DNA of 64,000 bases from Marivita sp. (GCF_051859345.1 NZ_JBHYFV010000013.1:34474-98473); one strand, 5' to 3'. Numbered from the stretch's first letter, positions 20,879 to 31,583 are shown. Program-made: numbers and translations. Notes: generated by a model from the letters alone, not told the origin.

Positions 20879-20928
20879 CGCCTGACAGTCCCTTGCGGGA
20901 CACCAACGCGATTTGCTAGCCAGAGGGC

Positions 20929-21867
20929 ATGATACGCCTTCTGGCTTTTTTTCTTGGTCTGTGCTTCGCCACCCCGCTTATGGCCTCCGATCCCGTGACC
21001 CTTTTCGAAGACTGGGCGCGCGGCGAAGGGGCAGATGCGACCGCGATCAGTGTTCTGGTCGATGGAGAGCCTATCCACACACGCAACGCCGACACGCCGA
21101 TTGACCTTGCCTCCAACTCCAAGGCGATCACCGCGCTTTGTGTTCTGACACTGGTCGATGACGGCGCGCTGCAATGGGACACCTTGCTGACCGACGCGCT
21201 GGGGCAGGCGGCCCCGTCAGGCACAGTGGCGGACCTTGTCACCCACAGCGCCGGGATCGCGCCGGATTCGACCCAGCTTCGGATGCTGTTTTGGCTCAAC
21301 GAGGATCAACCGCGCCACGAACAAGTCACCGACATCGTGCTGAACCGCAGCCGCCAGAAAGGCACGCAAGGCGCATTTGCCTACAACAACGAAAACTATG
21401 CGCTTCTGGGGCGGATCATCGAACTGACGTCAGGCGCGCCCTACGAAGACACCTGCCACAAGCGGGTTCTTGACCCCGCAGGTGTCACAGGGGCGCTGTC
21501 CCCTCGCTTTGGCGCGTTTGCAGGCTGGGGCGGCTGGCGCATGACGATGGCGGAGTACACAACCCTGCTCTGGCACTGGTATGGACCCAAGGGGCGCGTC
21601 GGTCGCGATCCGCTGTCGCTGCCGCATATCGCCCGTGCCGAGGGCAGCTATTACGGTCTTGGCATGAACTACGTCACGGAGGACGCCGGGTTCCGCATGT
21701 CCCATGCCGGGGCAATCGCGATCCCGTTTGGCCCCAAGACCGGCGCGTTTGCGGTGGTCTACCCATTCGGGGCGGTGGCGGCGATGGGCTACGACGTTCC
21801 GGTGGCCGATCCGGCGCGGTTTAGGGCGCTGTCCGACAGCCTCGATTCCGCCCTGCGCCCACGCTGA
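20929..21867 (+). CDS. Secreted serine hydrolase (beta-lactamase/class C-like)
   Basis: Signal peptide, SxxK (ASNSK), LVTHSAG, YxN (FAYNNENY), HAG. Confidence 0.8.
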   Translation: MIRLLAFFLGLCFATPLMASDPVTLFEDWARGEGADATAISVLVDGEPIHTRNADTPIDLASNSKAITALCVLTLVDDGALQWDTLLTDALGQAAPSGTVADLVTHSAGIAPDSTQLRMLFWLNEDQPRHEQVTDIVLNRSRQKGTQGAFAYNNENYALLGRIIELTSGAPYEDTCHKRVLDPAGVTGALSPRFGAFAGWGGWRMTMAEYTTLLWHWYGPKGRVGRDPLSLPHIARAEGSYYGLGMNYVTEDAGFRMSHAGAIAIPFGPKTGAFAVVYPFGAVAAMGYDVPVADPARFRALSDSLDSALRPR

Positions 21868-21905
21868 TCAAACGTACCGTTTGCGTCAACGCATCCGCTT
21901 CCCGC

Positions 21906-23249
21906 TCAAACCGACGCGGTGACCTCGGCCACGATCCCGTCGACCAGCTCGACCAGCAGTCCTTCGTCCTCGCACTCCGCCATCACGCGGATCAGCGGCT
22001 CGGTCCCCGACTTGCGGATCAAAAGCCGCCCCTTTCCGTTCAGCCGCGCTTCGGCATCAGCGATGGCCGACTTCACCGATCCTGTCTCAAGCGGTGCCAC
22101 GGATGGATCATACCGCACGTTCCTGAGCAATTGCGGAACCGGATCGAAACTGCGCGCCAATGCGCTGGCGGGCTGACCTGTGCGGCACATCTCGGCCAGA
22201 AACTGAAGCCCGGCCATAAGCCCGTCACCCGTGGTGGCAAAATCCGTCATCACGATATGACCGGATTGTTCCCCCCCAAGGTTCCATCCTCCCCGGCGCA
22301 TCGCCTCGACCACATAACGGTCACCGACACCGGTTCGCTCAAGCCGCAATCCACGCGCGCCGAGAAACCGCTCCAGCCCAAGGTTGGACATGACCGTCGC
22401 CACAAGAACCCCACCCAGCAGGCGGTCTTCTTCGGCCCAGCGGGCAGCCATCAGGGCCATGATCTGATCGCCATCAGCGACCTGACCGGTTTCATCAATC
22501 AGGATCACCCGATCCGCGTCGCCATCAAGGCAAATGCCGACATCCGCCCCATGCGCCACCACGGCTGCGGCGGCGAGCTGCGGATGAGTCGATCCACACC
22601 CTTCGTTGATATTGGTGCCATCCGGAGTGATCCCCAGCGGGATCACATCCGCACCCAATTCCCAAAGCACTTCCGGCGCGGCCTTGTAGGCGGCCCCGTT
22701 GGCGCAATCGACAACCACTTTCAGCCCATCAAGGCGCATCCCGGCCGGGAAAGTCGATTTCACCCGCTCCTGGTAGCGGAAGCGGCCATCGTCGATCCGT
22801 TTCGCCCGCCCGATATTGTCCGCCTGTGCCGGCTCGACCCCGCTGTCGACCAGCGCCTCGATCTCGGCCTCGTCCGCATCCGAAAGCTTGAACCCGTCCG
22901 GGCCAAAGAACTTGATCCCGTTATCCGCCGCCGGGTTGTGGCTGGCGGAAATCATGATGCCCAGATCCGCCCGCATCGACGGCGTCAGCAACCCCACGGC
23001 AGGTGTCGGCACCGGCCCCAGCAGCAGCACGTTCATCCCCGTCGAGGTCAGACCCGCCGTCAGCGCGTTCTCGAACATATAGCCCGACTGGCGTGTGTCC
23101 TTGCCGATCACAACGCGGTGGACACCTTTGGAATCCTGTCGGAAATGTCGCCCCACGGTGGCCCCGATCCGCAACGCCATATCCGCAGTCATCGGATAGG
23201 TGTTGGCTGTTCCGCGCACCCCATCCGTTCCAAAAAGCTTACGCACCAT
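21906..23249 (-). CDS. glmM: Phosphoglucosamine mutase
   Basis: [42 protein letters not shown]. Confidence 0.97.
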   Translation of the reverse strand: MVRKLFGTDGVRGTANTYPMTADMALRIGATVGRHFRQDSKGVHRVVIGKDTRQSGYMFENALTAGLTSTGMNVLLLGPVPTPAVGLLTPSMRADLGIMISASHNPAADNGIKFFGPDGFKLSDADEAEIEALVDSGVEPAQADNIGRAKRIDDGRFRYQERVKSTFPAGMRLDGLKVVVDCANGAAYKAAPEVLWELGADVIPLGITPDGTNINEGCGSTHPQLAAAAVVAHGADVGICLDGDADRVILIDETGQVADGDQIMALMAARWAEEDRLLGGVLVATVMSNLGLERFLGARGLRLERTGVGDRYVVEAMRRGGWNLGGEQSGHIVMTDFATTGDGLMAGLQFLAEMCRTGQPASALARSFDPVPQLLRNVRYDPSVAPLETGSVKSAIADAEARLNGKGRLLIRKSGTEPLIRVMAECEDEGLLVELVDGIVAEVTASV

Positions 23250-24258
23250 CCTCAAGTCCCCACTCGATTGCGCGCCACAGCGCGAGTGCCTGACGTGTTT
23301 CGGACACGTCATGCACCCGTATAACCTGTACGCCCTGAGTGGCCCCATGCAAGGCCACCGACACCGATCCCGCCAAACGTGTGTCTGCGGTGCCAGTCTG
23401 GGAAATCGTACCGATGAATTTCTTGCGCGATGCACCCAGCAGTATCGGACATCCCAACCCGTGAAACAGGGAAATATCGCGCAAAAGCGTCAGGTTGTGC
23501 TGCATCGTCTTTCCAAAGCCGATCCCCGGATCGACAAGGATCTGATCGCGCGCGAGACCTGCCGCGACCAATGCGCTTATACGGTCTTCGAGAAAGTCGA
23601 ACACGTCAAGCCGCACATCCTGATAGCTTGGCGCGTCCTGCATGGTTTGCGGATCGCCCTGCGCATGCATCACACACACCGGCACCTGCCGTGCGGCGCA
23701 AAGCGGCGCAAGCGCATCGTCATAGGTAAAACCCGCCACGTCATTGACCAGCGTCGCACCCGCCTCCAGCGCCGCTTCGGCCACCGGGGCCTTGCGCGTG
23801 TCGATCGACACACACACCCCAATCCCGTCGGCAATCGCCCTGATCGGTCCCACCACCCGCGCGATTTCTTCGTCGATCGGGACGGTGTCCGCGCCGGGTC
23901 GGGTGCTTTCTCCACCCACGTCGATGATCCCGGCACCGTCCTCGGCCATCCGCCGGGCCTGCGCCACAGCCGCCTCGGGATCAAGATACCGCCCGCCGTC
24001 GGAAAAGCTGTCCGGAGTGACGTTCAGGATCCCCATGAGCGTCACCTGACCCATGTCACACCCGGCAATCGGCGCACGCTGCGCTGTCAGGCGGTGCAGC
24101 ACCGCGTCCGGCACGGCAGTGGCAGGGATGATCTGAGGTTTGGAGGTCCGCCGCAATGCCACGGCTTCGCTGAACCAAAGCGGTCCACCAGCCAGCGGCA
24201 GTGCGCCTTTGGGGCGCGGATCACCGGATCGGGGAAGGGGGCGGAAATACGTCTTCAT
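23239..24258 (-). CDS. folP: Dihydropteroate synthase
   Basis: [42 protein letters not shown]. Confidence 0.96.
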   Translation of the reverse strand: MKTYFRPLPRSGDPRPKGALPLAGGPLWFSEAVALRRTSKPQIIPATAVPDAVLHRLTAQRAPIAGCDMGQVTLMGILNVTPDSFSDGGRYLDPEAAVAQARRMAEDGAGIIDVGGESTRPGADTVPIDEEIARVVGPIRAIADGIGVCVSIDTRKAPVAEAALEAGATLVNDVAGFTYDDALAPLCAARQVPVCVMHAQGDPQTMQDAPSYQDVRLDVFDFLEDRISALVAAGLARDQILVDPGIGFGKTMQHNLTLLRDISLFHGLGCPILLGASRKKFIGTISQTGTADTRLAGSVSVALHGATQGVQVIRVHDVSETRQALALWRAIEWGLEDGA

Positions 24259-24297
24259 GGAAAGTCAATGAAAGGCCACGCAGGGTTTGACAAGCGG

Positions 24298-25224
24298 CTA
24301 GAGCACGCTTTCGCCGATGGGGGTGTTGCGAACTGAAATATTCGTCAGGGCCGGAGCCTCTGCGCCGATCACCAGAAGCTCTATCGCATCCATTTCCTGC
24401 GCAAACCACCCGGTCAGGGCAACAGTGTCAGTCACAGCATTGTCCGGGCCATCGACCGCATCCAGAACGATCTTGGATGGCGCCCAGATACAGACCTGTC
24501 CGTTCTTCATCGCCCAGTCCAATTCGGTCCGTGTCGCCACCACCTTGCAGCGTGGGTCTTTTGCCGCCAGAACCCAACCGTTCTGTTCGATCGCCAGCAG
24601 GTCAATCCGCCGCTGTGCCAACGGGTGTCCCACATCCGGGCGCGGCCCGTCGCCAAGCCCGACGCACAGCACCAATGGCGCGGCTTCGTCCTCAAGCTGG
24701 TCGATCCACCCAGCCAGATCCGGCGCATGAATTGCCGCATTCGACAGGTAGACCACCCGTGGGTGGGGACGTTCGTGGCTTGCGTCCTGCGTGGTTTCGG
24801 CGGAATCACTTCGTGACCGGACGATCTCGACCCCCAAGGCACCGGGGCCACGATCCAGCTTTTCAATCCGCACAAAGACGCGCAAGGCCTGCGGCTCAAG
24901 CAGGATGCGCTCTGCGATCCGCCCCGCCAGCGTTTCCAGAAGGTTCAACCGCTCGGCCGCCAATTCCGCGGCGATCGCCTCGGTCACCCGGTCATACGAC
25001 AGGATGCGGTCCACATCATCGTCGATATGTCCAACGATGGGCTGCACTTCGACCACGACGTTAAAGCAGATGCGCTGGGTTGTGCCGCGCTCTGCCTGAA
25101 ACGCGCCGATCTCGACCTCGACGATATGATCGCGCAGCGAAATTCGATCCACAGGCCCGTCATCCGCCGTCGCAATGGCCCGTTCGGACGGGTGCGAAAA
25201 AGCAAGTCGGATTTCAGAGGTCAT
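24298..25224 (-). CDS. folB: Dihydroneopterin aldolase with C-terminal extra domain
   Basis: N-terminal FolB (EIGAFQAERG, SYD, LLETLA, VRIEK) plus about 170 extra residues. Confidence 0.85.
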   Translation of the reverse strand: MTSEIRLAFSHPSERAIATADDGPVDRISLRDHIVEVEIGAFQAERGTTQRICFNVVVEVQPIVGHIDDDVDRILSYDRVTEAIAAELAAERLNLLETLAGRIAERILLEPQALRVFVRIEKLDRGPGALGVEIVRSRSDSAETTQDASHERPHPRVVYLSNAAIHAPDLAGWIDQLEDEAAPLVLCVGLGDGPRPDVGHPLAQRRIDLLAIEQNGWVLAAKDPRCKVVATRTELDWAMKNGQVCIWAPSKIVLDAVDGPDNAVTDTVALTGWFAQEMDAIELLVIGAEAPALTNISVRNTPIGESVL

Positions 25225-25342
25225 CGGCCACTCTCCACATTGATCCGTCACGGGCTATCAGAGCCAACCCCGAACGAAAATGCCGCGAAGGGGCATTTTG
25301 CACACCGCCCGCGACATAAGAAGGGTCAAAGCCTGACTCGGA

Positions 25343-25975
25343 TCAGCTGTTGCTGCTGACGCGCCATGTGTGGCGATAGAACAGATGCACACCAATCGCG
25401 GCGGTCTTGGTGTAGGTGCGCGACCATCGCGGGCGCACGGCGGTGGTGTGATAATGCGTGGCCCCGTCGGTCAGGTTCATCGGCGCGCGACCATCAAGAA
25501 TGGCGCGGGCCACCTTGCCGACACGGTCCCAAGCGCGGGGCTCGCGGATGCGTTCGGGAATACCGTCGCAGGTGTAGGTGAACTGGCACTGATACTTCTT
25601 GCCCGTGCCTTGATTGATCACGCCGCAGACGCTGTCTGGAAAGCGCCCGCTCTTGACCCGGTTGATGATCACTTCGGCAACCGCAAACTGTCCCTTGACG
25701 GTCTCTCCGCGTGCTTCAAAGTAAAGCGCCTCGGCAAGACATTCCCATTGGGCACCGCCAGAAGCTTCGTCCTGCGCGTTCAGCCAGGAGGCGTTGTAGA
25801 TCGCTGAATTGCGCGACACAGGGGTCACCAGCGATGTCAGATGCGACTGGCCCGCAGAGGCCAATCCGTTTTGTTCCTGCGCAACAAGTGCTTGCGCCGC
25901 GTCTTTCGACCGTTCCGCGAAGCTTGGACTCGCCACGATGGCGGCAGCTAAAATCATTGCAAACAATCTCGTCAT
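25343..25975 (-). CDS. Cell wall hydrolase (SleB/Hydrolase_2)
   Basis: Signal peptide; CLAEALYFEARGE, VIINRV, CQFTYTCDG, ATHYHT. Confidence 0.9.
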   Translation of the reverse strand: MTRLFAMILAAAIVASPSFAERSKDAAQALVAQEQNGLASAGQSHLTSLVTPVSRNSAIYNASWLNAQDEASGGAQWECLAEALYFEARGETVKGQFAVAEVIINRVKSGRFPDSVCGVINQGTGKKYQCQFTYTCDGIPERIREPRAWDRVGKVARAILDGRAPMNLTDGATHYHTTAVRPRWSRTYTKTAAIGVHLFYRHTWRVSSNS

Positions 25976-26160
25976 ACCGAGTGTTCATCTCGCAACATTA
26001 TGGGTGGCGACGATTTGCACAGAAATAAGGCAGCGCCGCGCGTTCGACGGGCTGTTATAGAAAATTTTAGATTTCCACAAGTTAGGGGGCCATGCGTACC
26101 ACGCAAGGCCGATGCCCACCCCGCAATCGGGGCAAAATCTGGGCCACTTATTGCCGACGC

Positions 26161-28710
26161 CTACCGTATCTTGTCGGCCAACGCAAGCTGTGCGGCGGCC
26201 AGTCGCGCCACCGGAACCCGGAACGGAGAGCAGCTGACATAGTCGAATCCGGCCTCCCGACAGAAGGCGATTGATTCGGTATGGGCCGCATGTTCCCCGC
26301 AGATCGACAAAACCACGTTCGGGCGGGCAGCGCGACCCCGCACCGCACCCAATTTCAACAATTCTCCGACCCCCTCGGTGTCCAGGATGTGGAACGGGTC
26401 TTCGGCAAAGACACCCTGGCGCACATATTCCGACATGAAGCGCCCCGCATCGTCGCGCGACAGACCATAGGTCATCTGTGTCAGGTCGTTGGTTCCAAAG
26501 CTCAGGAAATGCGTGTGCTCGGCAATATCCCCGGCCCGCAGACAGGCGCGCGGCGTCTCGACCATGACACCCAGCCGATAGGTGAAATCCGCGCCGTTTT
26601 CCGCGCGCACCGCAGCGGCCACGGCTTCGACCCGCGTGCGCACCAGTTCGACCTCGCGCTTGGCGGAGACCAGCGGCACCATGATTTCGGGAACAAGGGT
26701 GATGCCCTCCTTGCTCGCTTCGACCGTCGCTTCAAAGATCGCGCGCGCCTGCATGTCATAGATCTCGGGCACCGAAATCCCAAGCCGCACACCGCGCATT
26801 CCCAGCATCGGGTTATACTCGGACAGGCTGTCGATGCGCCGGATCACGTCACTGACCGGAATATCCAGCGCCTCGGCCAGTTCGCGCTGACCGGTGCGGG
26901 TTGTGGGCAGGAATTCGTGCAGGGGTGGGTCAAACAGCCGGATACAGACCGGATGACCCTGCATGATCTGGAACAGCTCAAGAAAATCGGCGCGCTGCAT
27001 CGGCAGCACAAGCTCCAGCGCCGCCTGACGGTCCTGCGGGTTCTGCGCAAAGATCATCTCGCGCATCGGGGTCAGGCGTTCGGCCTCGAAGAACATGTGT
27101 TCGGTCCGGCACAGCCCGATCCCCTGCGCGCGGAAATGCAGCGCTGTCTTGGCATCCGCCGGCGTGTCTGCATTGGCCCGCACCCCGATATCGCGTTCCG
27201 CATCGGCCCAGCTCATGAAGGTGCGGAATGTGTCGTCCAGCGTCGCCTCGATCATCTCGACAGACCCGGCCAGCACCTGACCGTTGGTGCCGTCCACGGT
27301 GATCTCGTCGCCTTCCTTGAGAGTGCGCCCATCCGTGGCCACCAGCATCTTGCGATTGATCTGAAACCGCATCGACGCCGCGCCAACCACACACGGCAGG
27401 CCAAGCCCGCGTCCGATCACCGCCGCGTGGCTGGTCATGCCGCCGCGTTCGGTCAGCACGGCAGAGGCCACATGCATCCCGCGAATATCCTCGGGGCTGG
27501 TTTCGCGACGGACCAGAACACACGGTTCGCCGCGCGCCGCACTGGCCTGCGCAGCCTCGGACGAGAACACGATCCTGCCCGTTGCCGCACCCGGACTGGC
27601 GGCGATTCCGCTGCCCAACACATCGCGCGGGCTGTTTGCCGATACCTGACGGTGCAACAATTCCGAAAGCGCGCGCGGCTCGATCCGCATCACTGCCTCT
27701 TGCCGCGTGATGATGCCATCATCTGCCAACCGCACCACGATCCGCAGGGCCGCGCGGGCGCTGCGTTCGACACGCACCCCGTCCAGAATGTGCAGATTGC
27801 CGTTTTCGATGGTGAATTCGATCTGCATCTCTTCGCGCAACCGCCGACGCATCAGCGCCGCATGGTCTTTCAGGGCAACAAACGCCTCTGGCGCAAATTC
27901 CTCAAGCGATGGCCCACGCGGGTCTTTCTCAAGGAACATCGACTCCGCCCCGCCATCCAGCGCCTCACGCCCCTGGCTCTGGCTCAGGTATCGCCCCGTA
28001 ACCTGCGGCAGCCCGGTGGACGAATTGACCAGTTGCAACACGCCCGACCCACATTCGCCACTGCCCAGCCCAAGCGCCATTTCTTGAACCACAAGGCCCA
28101 GCCCGGCATCCACAGGAGCCCCTTTGGCCTGCCTTAAAAGCCGTGCCGTGGTGCCTTCCCAGGCCCGCGCCATCGACCGCAGGATTTCCGCCAACTGGAT
28201 TGCGGGATCCTGGGGAAACGGCTCTTCTGCCTCTTCTTCATAGACCTTCAACGCCGCGTATAGGGCGCCTGCGCCGCTGCCGTCAATCTCGTCAAACGCC
28301 TCGGCGTCTAGCCGGGCAACGTCGATGGCGTAGGTCTGGATAAACCGCAGGTAAATCCCGGTCGCCGCAACCTCACCGATCTGCGCACACAGCGCCGCAT
28401 GGCGCGCCTCGTTCATCCCGATATTGAGCACTGCGCCGGGACCACCCCAATCCGGGTCTTCCGATGACGGGCGCACGCACAAAAGCGCGTTTGGGTCGAA
28501 TTCCCGCATGATTCCGGACACTTCGGGCAGATACCCCGAGGCAAGTTTGTGAACCGTGTCAAACGACAGCGCAACGGTGCGCGGCACCGGCAAGTCAAGA
28601 CGCACGAGGCGCTGCAAACACTTGGCCCGTCCGCCATGTGTCGGGGTCGACATCGGCGAACGTGCGGTGATCAGCGTCACATCCGGGTTTTCAGGGCTTG
28701 GTTTCTGCAC
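26161..28710 (-). CDS. Pyruvate phosphate dikinase homolog (putative PEP-utilising protein) with degenerate N-terminal ATP-grasp
   Basis: GGMTSHAAV phospho-His, GLCRTEH, GTNDLTQ, ICGEH intact; N-terminal motifs altered (see findings). Confidence 0.85.
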   Translation of the reverse strand: MQKPSPENPDVTLITARSPMSTPTHGGRAKCLQRLVRLDLPVPRTVALSFDTVHKLASGYLPEVSGIMREFDPNALLCVRPSSEDPDWGGPGAVLNIGMNEARHAALCAQIGEVAATGIYLRFIQTYAIDVARLDAEAFDEIDGSGAGALYAALKVYEEEAEEPFPQDPAIQLAEILRSMARAWEGTTARLLRQAKGAPVDAGLGLVVQEMALGLGSGECGSGVLQLVNSSTGLPQVTGRYLSQSQGREALDGGAESMFLEKDPRGPSLEEFAPEAFVALKDHAALMRRRLREEMQIEFTIENGNLHILDGVRVERSARAALRIVVRLADDGIITRQEAVMRIEPRALSELLHRQVSANSPRDVLGSGIAASPGAATGRIVFSSEAAQASAARGEPCVLVRRETSPEDIRGMHVASAVLTERGGMTSHAAVIGRGLGLPCVVGAASMRFQINRKMLVATDGRTLKEGDEITVDGTNGQVLAGSVEMIEATLDDTFRTFMSWADAERDIGVRANADTPADAKTALHFRAQGIGLCRTEHMFFEAERLTPMREMIFAQNPQDRQAALELVLPMQRADFLELFQIMQGHPVCIRLFDPPLHEFLPTTRTGQRELAEALDIPVSDVIRRIDSLSEYNPMLGMRGVRLGISVPEIYDMQARAIFEATVEASKEGITLVPEIMVPLVSAKREVELVRTRVEAVAAAVRAENGADFTYRLGVMVETPRACLRAGDIAEHTHFLSFGTNDLTQMTYGLSRDDAGRFMSEYVRQGVFAEDPFHILDTEGVGELLKLGAVRGRAARPNVVLSICGEHAAHTESIAFCREAGFDYVSCSPFRVPVARLAAAQLALADKIR

Positions 28711-28712
28711 TG

Positions 28713-28772
28713 CAGCACCTCTTCAGCGTTGGCGCAGCATACGAAGACACTGCGCCCTGACAAGAGGTGTTG
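28713..28772 (-). promoter_or_regulatory. Predicted leader hairpin occluding the SD of the PPDK homolog
   Basis: Minus-strand RNA CAACACCUCU..UCAG GGCGCAG-loop-CUGCGCC..CUGA AGAGGUGCUG, then CA-GUG start; CACCUCU pairs with AGAGGUG. Confidence 0.55.
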
Positions 28773-28830
28773 GTGGCACAGGGGCACCTTATCCTGCCCA
28801 GACTCTGGCCCAGCCTCCGGTCTGGCGCGT

Positions 28831-31053
28831 TCAGCCGTCGATGCGTGTCAGATCCGCCACTTGCAGACAGGTCGTGCGGATCGTGCTGAGCAGGTTGAGA
28901 CGGTTGCGCCGCAGAACCTCGCTTTCGGCATTGACCTGCACCGCCTCGAAAAACGCATCCACCGGCCCGCGCAGTTCGGCCATTGCCGCCATCGCCGTGG
29001 CAAAATCCTGCTCTGCCATCGCCGGAGTGATCCTGGCTTCGGCTTTGGCCAGCGCATCGAACAGCGCCACCTCGGTTGGGTCTTCGGCGAATTTCGGATC
29101 GCCGCCAAACGAATATTCCACCCCGTCCTTGTCCTCGGCCTGGGTCAGGATGTTGTTCGCGCGCTTGAAGCCTTGCACAAGGTTCTCGCCATCCTCGGTT
29201 GCAAGAACCGCCTGCAACGCCTTGGCCCGCTTGACCAAAAGCGCGAGGTCATCATTGCCCGGCATGGCAATGCAGGCGTCGATCACGTCATGCCGCACGC
29301 CTTGTTCACGCAGGTAGACTTTCAAGCGGTCGTGGAAGAACGATAGCAAATCGACCGACTTGTCCGGCACGGTTTCCTGCATGGCGTTCAGCCCGTTCAT
29401 TCCGTCCTCATCTCGCTGCGATTTCAGCGTGCGATAGGCCGCACCGAATACGCCATGCTGCGCGATCTCGCGGATCAGATCGTTCACATCATCGTCTGTG
29501 ACATCGTCAATCAGATGGCCCTTGTGGCGCACCAATTGCATGTCAATGAACTGATCAACCGACAGGCTCAGCCCATTCTCCAACACCAACCGGATCACCC
29601 CCAACGCCGCACGGCGCAGCGCAAACGGGTCTTTCGACCCCGTGGGTTTCTCGTCGATCGCCCAGAACCCGGTCAGCGTGTCGATCTTGTCGGCCAGCGC
29701 CACAGCTACGGACACCGGCGCGGAGGGTACGTCATCCGACGGCCCTAGCGGCGAATAATGCTCCTGACAGGCCGCGCCAACCTCGGACGGCAGACCTGCG
29801 GCGTCACTGTAATAGCGCCCCATAAGCCCTTGAAGTTCCGGGAATTCATAGACCATTTCCGACGCCAGATCGGCCTTCGCCACCGTCGCCGCCTGTTCCG
29901 CCAGATCGGCGTCGGCCTTAACCATCGGCGCCAGTTCCCGCGCCAGCGCCGCAATCCGCGCAATCCGGTCGCGCTGCGATCCCAGCTTGTTGTGGAAGGT
30001 CACGTTCGACAGGCTGTCCGTCCATGCCGTCAGACCGTCGTTCCTGGCGACGCGCAGATCGTTCTCCCAAAAGAACTTGGCATCCGACAGACGCGCCGAC
30101 AGCACCTTCTGGTTGCCCGCCAAAATCGTCGCGCCATGATCGGCGGTTTCGCGGTTCGCCACGGTGATGAACCGCTCGATCCGGCCCGTCTTGGGGTTCT
30201 TCACCGAAAAGAACTTCTGATGCTCTTTCATCGAGGTCTGAAGAACCTCCGGCGGCAGGTCCAGAAACTCGACCCCGATCTCGCCCATCAGCACGACAGG
30301 CCATTCCACCAGTCCCGCCACTTCGGCCAGAAGCCCTGTGTCGTCGACCACCTCCAGCCCGTTGGCAAACGCCTGATTGGTCGCGTCCTGCCAGATCGCC
30401 TCGGCGCGTTCGCTGGCGTCCAGCACCACATGCGCGCGCTTCAGCTTGGCCTCGTAATCGTCAAACCCGGTCACATCGAACGCCCCCGGCACCATAAAAC
30501 GATGCCCCTCGGTTGTGCGCCCCGCAACAATGCCATCCACGTCCAAAGCCACCACGTCGGACCCGTCCTCGCGCGACAGCACGCACAGGATGCGGTGCAA
30601 CGGTCGCACCCAGCGCAACGACCCGTCCCCCCAGCGCATCGACTTGGGCCACGGGAAATTGCGGATCGTGTCTTCCAGAACTTCGGCCACGATCGCAGCC
30701 GCATCGCGCCCCGGCTTGTCGATCACCGCGTAGAACACGCGGCCTTTCTTCTCGTCCCGTTCCACCAGATCCTCGCGCGACACACCGGCCCCGCGCAGGA
30801 ACCCCTCAACCGCCTTCTCGGGCGCATCGACGCGCGGACCCTTGCGTTCTTCTTTCACATCCGGCGACCGGTCGGTCAGCCCGTCCACCCGCAACGCCAG
30901 ACGGCGCGGCGTGGCAAACGCAACAGCCCCGCCATAGGTCAGACCTGCCTCGACCAGACCATTGGTCACCCGTGACTTCAGGTCGTCAGCGGCCTTGGCC
31001 TGCATCCGTGCCGGGATTTCCTCGGAGAAAAGCTCGATCAGAAGGTCGGGCAT
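28831..31053 (-). CDS. glyS: Glycine--tRNA ligase beta subunit
   Basis: MPDLLIELFSEEIPAR, TPRRL, GLVEWP, GSKDPFALRR, VLRRNRLNLL. Confidence 0.97.
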   Translation of the reverse strand: MPDLLIELFSEEIPARMQAKAADDLKSRVTNGLVEAGLTYGGAVAFATPRRLALRVDGLTDRSPDVKEERKGPRVDAPEKAVEGFLRGAGVSREDLVERDEKKGRVFYAVIDKPGRDAAAIVAEVLEDTIRNFPWPKSMRWGDGSLRWVRPLHRILCVLSREDGSDVVALDVDGIVAGRTTEGHRFMVPGAFDVTGFDDYEAKLKRAHVVLDASERAEAIWQDATNQAFANGLEVVDDTGLLAEVAGLVEWPVVLMGEIGVEFLDLPPEVLQTSMKEHQKFFSVKNPKTGRIERFITVANRETADHGATILAGNQKVLSARLSDAKFFWENDLRVARNDGLTAWTDSLSNVTFHNKLGSQRDRIARIAALARELAPMVKADADLAEQAATVAKADLASEMVYEFPELQGLMGRYYSDAAGLPSEVGAACQEHYSPLGPSDDVPSAPVSVAVALADKIDTLTGFWAIDEKPTGSKDPFALRRAALGVIRLVLENGLSLSVDQFIDMQLVRHKGHLIDDVTDDDVNDLIREIAQHGVFGAAYRTLKSQRDEDGMNGLNAMQETVPDKSVDLLSFFHDRLKVYLREQGVRHDVIDACIAMPGNDDLALLVKRAKALQAVLATEDGENLVQGFKRANNILTQAEDKDGVEYSFGGDPKFAEDPTEVALFDALAKAEARITPAMAEQDFATAMAAMAELRGPVDAFFEAVQVNAESEVLRRNRLNLLSTIRTTCLQVADLTRIDG

Positions 31054-31580
31054 CAATTGCCTCCAGTTTCGCGGTCAGGGCAGTCGTCGCCCAAGGGGCT
31101 GCCATCATAAGCCTTGTCGCCGCACTCGTTGATTTCGTGCCAGACATAGCCGTGCCCGTCTTCGGTGATCGCCACAACGCGGTCGATCCCGAATTCGCGG
31201 TTGCGCTGGCTGGTGAAGACCTGCGCGCGACCATCCGTGATGTCATGACCGATCTCGTCGGCATCAAAACAGTCAAACCACCCCGGCGCATTGCGCGGCA
31301 CCGCGCCGATATAGGGCTCATAAGTGGATGTGAGGGTCGACATCGGCGTTTGCGTGTTGAAACACGCCCTGTACCTGATCGGTGAACTATCGGCGTCGAT
31401 CGCTTGAAAATCCTCGTAAAGGATCGTTTCCATCCGGCCATCCAGAGTGGTCAGTTGCACGTCATCCGTCCCGGTTGGCGTCACCGTTTCGTAATAGGCG
31501 TAAACCTGCAGGTAATACATGCCAAGACCTGCCACCAGCGCGCAGACGACAATAACGACGGTCAGGATTTTTCCGGTCAT
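31053..31580 (-). CDS. Membrane-anchored hypothetical protein (DUF6446-like, typical upstream of glyS in roseobacters)
   Basis: N-terminal TM, IDADSSPIRYRACF, APGWFDCFDA; position recalled as conserved. Confidence 0.7.
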   Translation of the reverse strand: MTGKILTVVIVVCALVAGLGMYYLQVYAYYETVTPTGTDDVQLTTLDGRMETILYEDFQAIDADSSPIRYRACFNTQTPMSTLTSTYEPYIGAVPRNAPGWFDCFDADEIGHDITDGRAQVFTSQRNREFGIDRVVAITEDGHGYVWHEINECGDKAYDGSPLGDDCPDRETGGN

Positions 31581-31583
31581 CGT

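Noticed and set aside
21906-24258. folP-glmM as a sul-type resistance locus; serine hydrolase at 20929 as a true beta-lactamase
   Set aside because: Native chromosomal folB-folP-glmM order with no mobile context; the hydrolase motifs are family-generic.
26050-26085. Possible CtrA site upstream of the cell wall hydrolase
   Set aside because: Only a partial match to TTAA-N7-TTAA.
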